Assembly (NCBI RefSeq): GCF_009834535.1
Contig: NC_045696.1
Coordinates: 108,006,001 to 108,070,000, forward strand
Length of the DNA: 64,000 nucleotides
DNA from: Camelus ferus
Taxonomy: Eukaryota
Direction: 5' to 3'
Made by a program: the position numbers and the translations under genes. Shown one piece after another: positions 37,161-49,759 of this stretch. The notes under the pieces were generated by a model that saw only the letters and a program-made list of their open reading frames with translations, was not told where the DNA came from and did not search any database. The first letter of the stretch is position 1. The number at the start of each line of letters is the position of its first letter.

Positions 37161-37369
37161 AGTAAGGGTTCTTCACCTTGCTTAGGGGCTGTGTTCACCT
37201 GCTTCTGAGAGATGCTGCTACATTTTGGCAGGGCTGGTGGGTGGGGGGTCTCTCTGGGGAGACCCCTTTATTCCACACATCACAGCCAATTAATGGCCCC
37301 TTCATTTTTGAGAGGAGGCAGGGGACAAATGATTCTGAGTGTGGATGGTGAAGTATGTGTTTTTTGAAA

Positions 37370-37480
37370 TTAATTAAATCATTAAATTATTTATTTAGGT
37401 TAATGGAAGTAGTGGGGATTGAACCCAGGACCTTGTGCATACTAAGCACACACTCTACCACTGAGCTATACCCTCCCCCC
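37370..37480 (-). mobile_element. vic-1-type SINE
   Basis: tttatttaggttaatggaagtagtggggattgaacccaggacc...ctctaccactgagctataccctcccc. Confidence 0.93.
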
Positions 37481-37649
37481 AAGTCAGGGTTCTTTTTATT
37501 CATCTGTCTGCATAGAACCCCAGGCATTAGTGTCTAAACTCTAGGGAGGGAAGGGCTGTACAATAATTAAAAAGAGCTGTTTTTTGTCTGTAATTATGAC
37601 TACTTAGCAGTTACAACTAATTACAACTTTATAAGTTTGTCACTAATGA

Positions 37650-37850
37650 TAAATATTTTTGAGCACCTAATACGTGCTGGGCGCCTCTTATGCTGCACGT
37701 GCCAGTGCATGTCATCCTCACAGCAACCCCTTCAGCTACGGCCTATGCTATCTCCCTTTGTATGAACAGGATATTGAGGCAGAGAGAATTTATGGGATTA
37801 AACGCTGCCGCCTGGACCCTGAGGCTGCACCGTTGACGGTCACCCTGCAC
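37650..37850 (-). mobile_element. MIR
   Basis: tttttgagcacct...tcatcctcacagcaaccc...attgaggcagagaga. Confidence 0.7.
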
Positions 37851-37974
37851 TGCCTTCTAGTCAGAAGACTCCATGCAACAGGTTGGGGGACCTGCAGTGT
37901 CAGTTCATTATGGTCATAACTTTTCTCTTCTCACCAAGGCCCGAGTGACTGGAGAACTCACAGGTTAGAAGACT

Positions 37975-38660
37975 GACCAGCAGCTTCAGCGTTGCCTGGG
38001 AAGCTTGTTAGAAAGGCAAATTCTGGGGCCCGACCTCAGACCTACTAAATCGGAGACTGTGGAGTCGGGGCCCAGCAAACTGTTTTTCACAATCCCACTG
38101 GGTGATTCTGATACATATTGAAGTCTTAAAAGTACGGGATTAGAGCTAAATCCTGGGATGGGGGTGTGCGTGTGGACGGAGGGGGAGGGAACAAATCCGA
38201 GGGAGAGACTGGAAGCCAAAGCCCATTTTGGAGGTTGTTGCCGTCACTAGGGTGAGAGCTCAGCCTGAAATCAGATTCTGCAGTTTCGGATCATCTGAGG
38301 AGATTTTGAAACATACCAGTGCCCTGACTTCACCCCAAACCTGTTAAATCCGACTCTCTGGGGCATAGAACCCTGGCATCAGTTTGTTTGATTGTTTGTT
38401 TGTTTTAAGAAAAGTATCCCCCAGTGATACTGATGTGCAGCTAGGGGTAAGAAAACATGGCTCTCAAACTTGAAGACGCATCAAAATCTCCTGGAGAGCT
38501 TGTTAAACAGAGGCTACTGAGCCCCACTCTCAGAGTGTTTGATTTAGCAGGTCTGGGCTGCAGCCTGAAAATCTGCCTCTCCAGCCTGCATCTCTGTATC
38601 TCCAGTTCCCAGATGCTGCTGATGCTTCTGGTCCAGGGACCACACTTGGCGAATCACTGC
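37975..38660. mobile_element. Cluster of three MER5-type MITEs
   Basis: Copies at ~37975-38140 (cttgttagaaaggcaaattctggggccc), ~38275-38455 and ~38455-38660 (ctcaaacttga...gggaccacactt). Confidence 0.8.
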
Positions 38661-39619
38661 CTTCCTTATGTGTTCACCAATAGCCCTGGCAGGTTAAGCA
38701 CAGCGGAGGCTTAGGACAGGAGCTGGAGGGCCCCTCCTTCTGCAGTTAACTGGGTCGAGCCAGTGTATCGATGTGTCTATGACGTGATTTATCTCGCTGA
38801 AGATGTGAAGCATTCTAATTAATTATCTAGACAGTTTTACCTGCCAGACATATTTATTACTTAAATTTTTAGACCTAAAATTTGTCTTTCCCCAGGACAG
38901 TGATTGCTTGAGAGTTGATAAAGAAAGACCAACTTTCGTTTCTCAGTTTTGCCCCTTAAAGGATTTCCCCCAACGTATGGACTTGCAGAATTCAAGTATT
39001 CTGAGGGAAATGCTAAGGTTTAAGGTATCATTTTAGATCTACAGCCAGAAATCAGGCTTTTAGAACGATCATAGTTATGGGGCATTCAATAGAATACTCA
39101 TTACTCAAACAACTTCTGAAAATAGTCCAAGGCAATTTAACTTTTATTCCTGCTGTAGAGCTTGTCACCATTTATTAATCTTAATTTCCCTCAACATCAC
39201 ATATCAGATGAGAGACCGATTTTTTCCCCTCTGTTTCCATAACATTAATATTTAAATGGCAGAGTATGGCACTCATAAACAGCTACGGAGGAGAGGAATC
39301 ATATCTCTAGGAAGGAAAACCTGGACAAAATGCCACCCCAAGGCGTCTTCCTTAAAAACCGCCCCCAAACAAAGCCAAGAAAATATCCCCAGTACACCTT
39401 GCAGAACAGAATAGAAAGATGAAGAGGCATTGCCTGTGAAGTGAATAACATTGTTTCAGAGACCTCCCTTACTAAAGCGAAGAAACAATTGGGGAGGTGG
39501 AGGCGGAAGGCTGTGCAGGTGGGGATGCTGGCAGAAGTCCCTGTGCTTTGAACGCTAACACAGCTCACGGAAGAATCCAAAGCACGTTCTCGGCTTGTTT
39601 TGTGGCTCCAGGAGGGAAT

Positions 39620-40835
39620 TCAGTTTTATCACTTTAGGTATCTATTTGGCATCAGTTGTGTGCTAGGCTCGGGGCTACAGGAGGCAGGAACACCAAGATG
39701 GATGAGGCACAACCTCGGCCTTTAAGCAGCTGGCGGAGAGGATCAGACAAAAGCCCAAGTCCGGTGGGACATGCGCCAGGGAAAGATGTAAACAAAGTGG
39801 TGAGGCACCTCAGAGAGGGTGGGCGGAGATTAGGAAGGCAATCGTAGGAGTTTTGAAAGACAGGGTTCTTGCAAATGGAGATCAGAAATTTGGTTTAAGG
39901 GAACAGAACTGATTTCACTGTACATTTCCAGAGCATTCATTGAACCTTATGTAAGTCACTACACTGGGTTCTGGGGCTATAAACACGAATAAGACTTTTT
40001 CCTGCTCTCAAGGAGTGGGGAAAACAGGCAAGGGCAATTACAGTGCTGCTAAGGCTTCCCGGAGGAGGTGATATCTCAGCTGAGGCCTAAAGAATAAGTG
40101 GGGCTTATTCAGAAAAAGATGGAAGGAAGTGGGGAAGAGAAACAGCGGGTACAAAACCCGTGAAGAGAAGAGAGAGCTAGGTGTTTGCAGAACTGAGAGT
40201 ACAGAGCGTTAGGACAGGTAGAAAGAGAGGTGAGGCTGAGGTGTCATGGAGGCCGGACCAAAGAGGGCCTGGCTTTTAGACACTGGCCCATGAAAGGGTT
40301 TAGGCTTTTTCTGTAAGTCATTGGGAACCACTAAGGGATTTTATTACAGGTGCTGTGTGAGAATGTTTAAAATTTAGGCAGATTGTTCTGGTTACGGCGT
40401 GGAAGAGGGTTTGGCAGAAGGCAAGACCGGAATCAGGTGATGGTTTAGGAACTTATGGCGGTAAGACAGGTGAGAGATGATGGGGGTTGGTAGAGTGGGT
40501 GGAAAGAAGGGTTGAGTTAGAGTGATATCAGTGAACTAGAGTCAATAGGATTGATTGGCAGAGAGGGTGTGCGGTTGGAGAGACAACTCTACATTTATTT
40601 GGTTTGGGCTACGTGGATGGTGGTGCCATCCATAAAGTCAGAAAATAAAGGAGGAACAGGCATGAGTTGAGAGATGAGACTAGATGATGAGTTCTGGACG
40701 TGTTGAGTTTGTAGAACATTCATAGTGAGGGGACCAACATTCACAGGTGGATACGTGAGTCAGGACAGAGATCTAGATAGTGATTGACGCTGTGGAACTA
40801 GAAGAGGTCACCCAGGACGAGTGTAGAATGAAAAG
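39620..40835 (-). mobile_element. LINE-2 fragments
   Basis: ggcttcccggaggaggtgatatctcagctgaggcctaaagaataagt, caggtgagagatgatgg, ttctggacgtgttgagtttg. Confidence 0.85.
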
Positions 40836-40844
40836 AAAAGAGAA

Positions 40845-42715
40845 AAGCACACTTCCTATTACTACTTCTTTTTAACACTATGTTGGTGGTCCTGGATGGT
40901 TCAATAAGGTAAGAAAAGGACATTAGAGGCATAGGGATTGGAAAGGAGGAATTAAAATAGTCTTTATCTGCAGATCATATAATAATTTACCTAGAAACCC
41001 CAAATTACTCCAAAGACTAATTATTAGAAATAATAGGAGTGTTTAGTAAGGTGGCTGGGTATAAGATTAATATAAAAATCAGTTATATTTCTCTGTATCA
41101 GTAAAAACTATAAGACAAAATTAAACAGAAAACATCTACAAAATTATTACAGAATATCAAATATCCAGGAATAATCTAAGATAAGATGTGAAAGACCTCT
41201 GCAGGGAAAATTACAAAACCTTATTAAAAGCCATTAAAGAAGACCTGAATAAGGAAGGAACATGTATTTTGGATAAGACAATATCATAAAGATTTCAATT
41301 GTTATCTATAGATTCAGTATATTTCCAATCAAAATCCTAGGCTTTTTTTCATGGTACTTGATAAGGTTATTTCAAAATTCACATGAAGGGGTAGAGGGCC
41401 AGGAGTAGTCAGGATATGTCTGGAAAGAAAGCGCAGGGAGGAAGGACAGGGTAAATTGATACAGAAATAGACAAAGAGGCCAGAGGAATAGATTTGAGAT
41501 TCATAGATGAAACTTGGGTTTCCTGCGACAGAGGTGACATAGCAGAATAGGAAGAAAGAAAGAGTGATCAATAAATGGAGCTGGGAAAAGATAGTTATCC
41601 ATTATCCATATGGAAAAAGATAAAATTGCATCCTTGCCTCACACTACGTCAACTCCAAATGGATTAAAGATTTAAAGGTACCTTAAAGAAAGTGAAAGAC
41701 AAGTTATAAACTTTGGTAAAATATTTGTAATATGCAGAAGTACAAAGTATTATCATCAAAATATGTAAAGAACACCTATAAATCAATAACAAAAGCACAC
41801 ACGTAGAAAAGTGGGATAAATGCACAAACAGAAAAATCGCACATGACCAATAAACGTGTAGAGAGATGGTCAGCATCATTCGTGATCAGGAGAAATGCAA
41901 ATCACAACCACCACGAGATACTATTTTACATCTATTTAATTAGGTAAAAATCACAAAGCCTGACAACACTGAGTAGGAATACAATGACTTTGGAAAAGGG
42001 TTTGACCTTATCTCCTGAAGCTGAACATATGATCAGCTTAGAAAAGAGTTTAACATTGTCTCTAAAGCTGAATATTCACATTTCTGATAGCCCAGCAACT
42101 CAGCCCATAGGTATATACCTAAGGCAAACTCCTGCATATGTACAACACGATGCATGTAGAACAATGATCACAGCAGCATTGTTGACAATAGGAAAAACCT
42201 GGAAAAAACCTAAATGCCCAACATTAAGAGATGAAGAGAATATATGGTCACTATCTGTTATTAACAAAAAATAAATGAACTGCAGTAACTTACAACAATA
42301 TGGATGAATCTAAGTAATGTCACAGTAAGGAAAAATAACTCTCCAAAGGTTACTTACAGTATGACACTTCCTTAAAAAAAGTAAAATTAAAAGTACTGAT
42401 ATAAATGTCTGTGTATAATCCATGTATATATATGCACAATGTGTATGTACAGCATACATTTTCTATATAACATGTATTATATGTGTACATACGTAATACA
42501 AATAAATGCAGTAAAACTATATACAAAGGAAGGCAAGGGAGTGAACCTGGGTTTCGAGAGGATGCTTATCTCAGGTGGGGAAAGGAAGCAGGAGGATGGA
42601 ATGAGGGGGAAAGCATATGGTTAGATGTGAATCCCTGTCAGGGCTCTAGTTTTATTTTTTGGATGGTGCATTCATGAATGCTTAATACATTATTAAAAAT
42701 AACTGAGTAAAGGTA
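40845..42715 (+). mobile_element. Old L1 (L1M) with deleted ORF2 RT and C-terminal remnants and 3'UTR
   Basis: tctttatctgcagatcatataataatttacctagaaacccc (decayed FADD region), ttacaaaaccttatt, and TMITAALLTIGKTWKKPKCP in ORF 41984..42274. Confidence 0.88.
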
Positions 42716-42724
42716 GCTCAGGCA

Positions 42725-42792
42725 TGGACCAACAATGAGAGAATCATCAATCAAGGATTGTGATGAATCTAATACTGTGCATCTGAGGTCCA
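42725..42792 (+). ncRNA. SNORD112-like C/D-box snoRNA copy, probably non-functional
   Basis: Terminal stem TGGACC/GGTCCA, box D CTGA (42783-42786), perfect C' GTGATGA (42760-42766), mutated box C (ACAATGA). The TGGACCAATGATGA...CTGAGGTCCA frame is the SNORD112/113/114 signature. Confidence 0.72.
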
Positions 42793-45700
42793 ATTAGAGA
42801 AAAAGAATTTTCTTAAATGAATGAATGAAGAGAAAATCATCAGTGACAGTGATCAGAGTGAAACCTGATACAGGCAGACCTTCATCACACTCCTGAATTC
42901 AATAATGGAATGTACTCGCTAGGGCATCTCTTTAGGGGATTATAAGTAAACTCAAGGAAATTTTGGAAAAACAAGTTTTTAGGACAAGCTATGCCTCGTC
43001 TAAAAATGTTCCTCGGTCATTCCTAAAAATGAAAGCTTTTGCTGTTCCTTTATAGCTTAGGGATTCTGTCCTTTTACACTGTCCTCTGGCTTTTATCCCC
43101 TGCAGTTAGAGTGAGCTGCTCTCGGATGGTTTGCAATTGAGTTGCATGATCTAAGTCACGTGGACCAAAGGAGACGTATTTAAAGCATGATCTTTTTATT
43201 CCAGATTGTTTAAAATAGCCTAAGCATCCAGAGAACCAACAAACCCCCAAATTTCTAATGTGGTACTTTGCAAGTAAGTATTTTAAATTTTATACAAATC
43301 ATTTTCCTCCTCACCATAATTACCAGCTAAAACTTACTCCACCTTGGATTCTATCCCCCGAGTTTCATTGGTCTGTTTCTTTCTCTCTCATCCCAAATCT
43401 TGTCCTGTTGCAGTTGGGACGCTTTGCTGGAGCCCCCCACTGTGGCCTGCCCACTTCGTGTGACCACAGAGACCCCCAATAATGGGACTTTCTCAGCTCA
43501 TGGAAGTGCAGGCAAACTAGGCTGACTGGTGACCCAACTTTATGAGAACAATTCAGAAACAGTTTCCTTGCTACACAGCAACACCTGCCCTTTACCTGCC
43601 CTAGAGTTGTTCAAAGGAATGAGGGACTAGAGAAAATTCTTAAGAAGGAAACAGCCTTAAATATCCATCATGTCATTTGTCCCCATAGTTCAAGGAGGAA
43701 CTTTCTTCCTTGTGACTATGATGAACTCTAATGAGTTGATGCCCACACTTTAGTCTCTAATGCCCCCAGGTTGAGGCAGAAGTGTGGTAGGGGTCAGAAC
43801 ACCTTCCTGGGTCCGATCATTCTCATGGCTAAAGGATCCTAACAGTACATGATAAAGGTGCCTGACTTCCAAATTCCCAAAATTCCAAATTTCCAAATTC
43901 CTGCCATGAAACCCCTTTTAAATCTTAGATTTCATTGAAAATGTTCACTTGTAAAGGATAAGTATTTTATTTTTCAGATAATGGAAACGTCATTTCCAAG
44001 GAAATTGAAATGTTCCGCTAGATCATAAGCCTCCGGAAAAGAGCGTTACGCTTCGTATGACTGTCTCCTTGGCCACTAGCACCAGACATGATACATGGCA
44101 AATTTTCGAGACTGGAGGTCAGATTATTGGCTACTGTGATGATTTCCTAGTCTGGATACTCAAATCATATCCTACCAATCTTCTCTATCTTCCAAAGGTC
44201 GTTCTGGGGAAGCTAATTGAAAGTACTACTCCCAGTAGCAATCTAGCTCCCAGTTTAGGACTCTGTGATGAAACTGGGAAGGAGACATGACTTGGGTCTT
44301 GGGTTTTGAGAGACGTGAGCCTGAGGAAGGAGGAAGTGGGTCTCTTACTTCCCCACTGCCCCCTAACCAAATCTTAGGATCATAATGCTCAGGAAATGCC
44401 CACGGACAGACAGAGACAAAGAGGAGAGAAAGGTGGATTGTCCCCAGAGAGTCTCTGGGAACATTTCCCAGCCCGTGGACTAGAAGAGGAAGACTAATAA
44501 GGATGCCTGACCCACCTCTGGCACCAGGACCGACCTGGGTCTGAGGCAGAAAGGTAAGCAGTTTACCTGGGTGCTGATTTTAGGGCAAAGTCATCCTCCC
44601 TGCTAGAAAAAATGGCCCCACTGAATGTCCTGATCGATCAAGATTAGCAATTCCCCCTCTTTAAGGGGAGAGCTAAGAAGAGGAGTAGTTGAACAGGAAG
44701 GAAGATGGTGGAGTTCCCACCCCCAGGGTGAGCACTCAGTACGCGTTTGTTAAAAGAATGAATGAAGCCAGGCAGTGTTGCTAGGGAGTTGTTACTATGA
44801 GAAATACCATTTGCATGCAAATTTTACATTATTAGCAATTAGGAGCCTCTAGCAAGGAGCCTGATGGAAGGGCCAATATGTTGCTTTTCTGAATAAGATG
44901 TGAATGGAGAGGAACACCTCCAGCTTTCCGCAGAGCATGAAACAGAGGCTTGGCTTTAGTTATATCATATTTAAGACTATGATGTCAGGTAAATAAGTTC
45001 TGGAGGCACTACAGAAGCAGGAATGAATTGCATGTGAAAGTTCAGAATATTGGATCTCCAATTCTCTTCTCCAACCCAGTTTCCTTTTCCTCACAAATGG
45101 AAAAAGGAAAATCCAAGCCCTAGTTCCTATGAGATGCCAAATTGAGCCAGAGCTAGTTGTGATGTTTGGCTTGCATACTTTAAAGGCTAATGGAAACTGG
45201 GGACAAATTAGGAAATATTATGCAGATGATTAAAAAGTTCAGAAGCACCCGAAGTGGAAGTTACGCCATCCAAAGGAGATGGTGGGGACAGCTCTACCCA
45301 CTTGAAAGAGTCTTTATCTCAGCTAAAACATAGCAGAGGAAAAGTTCTGAAGTTGCCTCAAGATAGATTTAGGACTGGGAGAAATTTCTGATGAGGATTA
45401 TGAAAACAATCAGGAAATCCACTTACATATGCTCACCCTAGAGTGTGGAGCCTGGGAGGTGATAAAAAATGTTTTTTGAGTGAATGATCAGGTCATGGAA
45501 TCATTCTTGACTTTCGCTTTGGGTATAAATGCTTTGCATTTTTGACACTTTAGGAATAAAGAAAACTGACCGGATGATTTCTCACATTCCTTCCAGCTCC
45601 TTAATCCTACAAACGGCTCAAATTAGTTGATTATTTACTCCAGGAGACCCTAAAGGGTATCTAGAGGTTACAGGTAATCTCATCTTTGTGGCATGAATCC

Positions 45701-46539
45701 ACACTCACACCCTGATTTTCCACCAGAAACGTTTAGACTTTTTCTCCATTGGAAAAGCACAGTCACTGTTTCCTTTCTATCGTGCCGTTAGTTACTCTAA
45801 TCACTGAGGCTGTGTTACATCCCTCTGATACACATCAGTTCGAGCTATACATGTGCTGTAAGGAGGGGAGAGCGAGAACCTCTCAGCTGTAGTCAAAATT
45901 GGTTTCCTGAATGATGCTGCACGGTTTAACTGGAATTTGCATAGTATTCTAGTGGAAAAAAAAAAGATGGGGGTGGAGGGAAGGGTTCCTTTGGTTTTCA
46001 GGCTGTTAACTGTAATTAGCCTGGTTTCTGAGATGTAATTATCTTGCAATCTCAAAGCAAACACCCTGGAGGAAATTGCACTGTTAAAGACAGCATGGCA
46101 TTAAAAATAAATTATTACCCTGGTGCCTGCTATGGCTGCTCATGCTTTGTGATTTGTTGGGGTTTCTGTGAGCAAGTGCTTGTTTAGGGCTGGAGTTGTG
46201 CAGCCATGTTGCCACTGTTTGTACTGGAGAGGTGGGAGGCATGGCTTGCTTGGTTGTTATAATGATGTGAAAATTTACCATTATGGTGGCAAAGCCTGGT
46301 GTTGTGCTATCCACGCTCCCCTCTCCAATCCTCAATCACCAAGAGACCCAGGGTCAAGGAAAGAGCACTGGGAGTCCTCTTTCGCAGCTGGCACTGATGA
46401 ACGAGGGGAGAGGAGCGTCATAAACTACAGCTCAGGCAATTCAAATGATTCACAAGGAAAAATTGTGAGGAAGCAAGAATTACCCCACCTATCTTAGGGC
46501 CAAACACTGAGGGATCATGAGTCGTCCTCACTGACTGAT

Positions 46540-46960
46540 CACAGAGGCTGGAAAGACCATATCATGGGATTTGGAATCAGAGACTTGTGGGTCTGAACAT
46601 ACGATTGTGCAGGTTGTATACTGCACAAACAGTCCCCACTGAGGGGACGGGGGAGGCTGACATTCCACCAATGTCCCCTGACCAAGCTGTGTGTTCATGG
46701 GGCTGCATCCACCCAGGGAAAGGGTATTTTTCCCAATTTGTCAACACCATGGGGATGCCTTCTAAGCTTTATCTGCCCAGAATATGTCACAAAGATGCTA
46801 TACAGGCCATTACTTATGCTCTGTGTGACTTTGATCAAATTATTCTCTCTGAATCTCGACTTTCCCATGTTAAAAAAAATACTACTACACTGCTACTACT
46901 TAACATTATTTTGTGGAGTCAAAACTGAATCTGAAAAGCATGTGCTCAAAAGATGGCAGG
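46540..46960 (+). mobile_element. MIR interrupted by a probable hAT MITE
   Basis: tttggaatcagagac ... ctgtgtgactttgatcaaattatt (MIR); the insert contains tgtgcaggttgtatactgcacaa. Confidence 0.55.
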
Positions 46961-47161
46961 AGTTTGGATGATAATAACAGTTATGACCAAGATGATCATT
47001 TTCATCAAGAAGTCATCTAGATTGGAGCTTGTACCAAGTCCTGGGCCAGGCACAGAAGCCTACAAGAGGCATGAGAACTTGGCTTCCTCTCTCACGGAGT
47101 TGAGGGTTTGGTGGGAGGGACAGTGCACGGACAGAAATAGCTAATTAATTTTGCTATACTT

Positions 47162-47238
47162 AAAATTTTAAATTAAAAAAAATTTAGTAACATGCGTGCT
47201 AAGCATGCACTCTACCACTGAGCTATTACCCCCCCGAC
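47162..47238 (-). mobile_element. vic-1 SINE 5' fragment lacking the B box
   Basis: tgctaagcatgcactctaccactgagctattacccccc, flanked by ctatactt at 47154-47161 and 47246-47253. Confidence 0.8.
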
Positions 47239-48434
47239 CATTGCCCTATACTTTTGTATGGGTTCCGTGAGGTAAAATTCCACAGCCTCTATAGCAGTTT
47301 ATCTTTGCTGTTAATTCAGTGCTGGGGCTAGCATTTTTACTATCAGAGGGACAAAAGTGGGGAACCCTATAAAATCTGGAGCTGCTGATATGGTAGTGCA
47401 AAAAGGGAAGATACGGCGATAGCGAGAAATAGGAAGATGAGAGGGGAATGAGGGAGCAATCAATAATTCAAGGAAGGCTTTGATTGACTAGAATCTTCAA
47501 TGGGCCAGGCTGATCTGTATTGCAAATAATCTGAATAACTGAAATTCACATATTTATATCATAAAACTGTCATTTTTGCCCACATCACTACTTTTCTTTT
47601 AAATTTTATTTGCACCTCTGATGTTTCACTAAATGAATTATGAAATAGAAGGCAAATTAAGTCCACCCAGGTTTTTATCTCACCATCAGGGACATAAAGT
47701 TAAATTTGCTCAGACCTATTAATCATGGATTATTAACAAAATATACAAAAAACCCTGCACTGGTTTTATGAGCTTTAATACTAGAATAGAATGTGTGCTC
47801 AAAGATCATTTTCTAGGTTGCTTAGACTGTGACAGTGACTTCACCACACTGGCCCAACAGATGTCTTGTTTGATTCATAAAGAATAAAAGGCAGGAGGAA
47901 AGTTCGTAATTATCCTTTCAAACAAATTTGTCTCAGTATTTAATGTAATTTGAAAAAAACTTTTCGGTGTCAAGATTAAAAAAAAATTTAGTAGATTCTT
48001 AAAAAAGGAAATACTTTGTAAATAAATAATGTCCTTATTCATTTTTTTAAACTAACATCCATTAATAAATAATGTTCACGTTCAATATGAGCAACAGTGC
48101 AAATTACAAGCCATTTCTCACGGAAGTTAAAAGGAGTATGTATGAGGATTTCCATTTATGGGAAGTTGGTGAACTAACTACCCTGAAAAGCCTCTTCTGA
48201 CAATAACAACAACAAAACTGGAGCACTGAATAAAATGAAATGAACATTCTTTTAGATGCACCGTAGAGCTTTCAGGAAGTTAGGAAAGAAAAGATTCAGG
48301 GACCAAAACAGGAAAATAAAACTGAAAATCAGCGTGGCATGTAGGCACTCACTTCAGCTGCCCTGGGATGTGCTGCTAACTTCACTGGTTTCCTTCTCTG
48401 CTTTAAATATCATGCAACTTCATCCAGACTCATG

Positions 48435-48967
48435 GTGGACTTGCGGTGGATTAAAAATGGCGGCCAGTTTTTGAATACTCTTTTTCATCAAGAGATGAGG
48501 TTCATTTCATTTCCCTTGAGTCTGGGCTGGTTTGTGACAGCCTTGACCAATAGCCTAAACCAATGGGCATAAGAGACACTATGCCAGTTCTAGGTCTAGA
48601 GTTTAAGGAGACTGGAAGTGTCTGCCTTGGTCTCTTGGAGCCACCATGCCAGATGACTGGTTACGTGGAGGTCACTATGCTGTGAGGAGCTCAGACCATT
48701 TGGAGACGACCTGGAGGATGAGACTCCAGGTAGAGAGAGAGGCCAGGGAGCACAGGGTTGCCACTCATGTGCGTGAAGAAGCTATCTTGTCAGGGAATCC
48801 TTCTGTTCCAGCTGCCCTGGCTGAAAAGATGTGGATCAGAGGGGACCAGCCCAGCTGAGCTCTTGCTGTATTCCTCCCACAACACTGAAAAGGAGCAGAA
48901 CAAGTAGGTTGTTTTAGGCTACTCAATTTTGGGATAGTTTGTTACCCAACAATAGAGAATCAGAACA
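48435..48967 (+). mobile_element. MaLR LTR (MLT1F/G-like)
   Basis: ggtggattaaaaatggc...catcaagagatgagg...cccttgagtctgggctgg...gccttgaccaatag...caatagagaatcagaaca. Confidence 0.88.
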
Positions 48968-49759
48968 AGACTGCTTCTTTCAAAGGCTAATCACTACAGG
49001 GACCCCAGAACCCACCATTAGGACCTCCCATCACCACTTGGCTTCCTTTGTCTTTTCCAGTATTTTGTATTTTTTTCTTTCTTTATTCTTTACATTTTTA
49101 CCCTTAGATTACAAACAGCTCAAAAGCTTTTCTCCGTGGTTTTGCTTTGCCTCAGTCTACTGGAATGCCTTTCATTCTTCTCATTGGAAAATTTACCTTT
49201 CTTCTCAAGTCTTATTTATTAAAATCTTACTATATCACCACAGTGGAATGAATCAGAATTTGTGAAAAATACATTATAGATTTTCTTGCTTATTGTAGAA
49301 TTTCTTACTTACATACATTTTTAAAGGGATCCCCACTAACTGCTAAGTGCTTTTAAGCTGACATTCGTCTAAGCCTGCTTTAATGAACAGATAACTCATT
49401 TATAATTAGCAGTGCCAATTAATTGGCATGCAAACAATTAAAGTGATTAAAGTGCTAAAGTTCTTAAGAACAGTTTTTCCTAAGTAGGTTGTAGACAAAC
49501 CCTGCCTGACCCCGCATCTTGTTTACATGATTAAACTGCCGAGGAAGACTTTCTAGATAGCACGGGAGGAAATTCTCACTCACCCTTGGTCAGATGGCCC
49601 TGATCTGGCATAAGTCAGCCCCATTTATGAGGAATTTAATATACTCTGATTTTCCAAATCAACACTTAAAATTTTTTTAAATTATGTATGTTTGTTGGCC
49701 TCTTGCTCTTACTTTGCTAGTTATCTATCTTACAGCCTAGCAAATGGATAAAAGACTGT

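Noticed and set aside
43868..43902. (ttccaaa)n-like short tandem repeat
   Set aside because: Four degenerate units with no spacers; ordinary slippage, not an array.
47480..48400. Possible Tigger-like and L1 5'UTR remnants
   Set aside because: Too degenerate to assign by eye.
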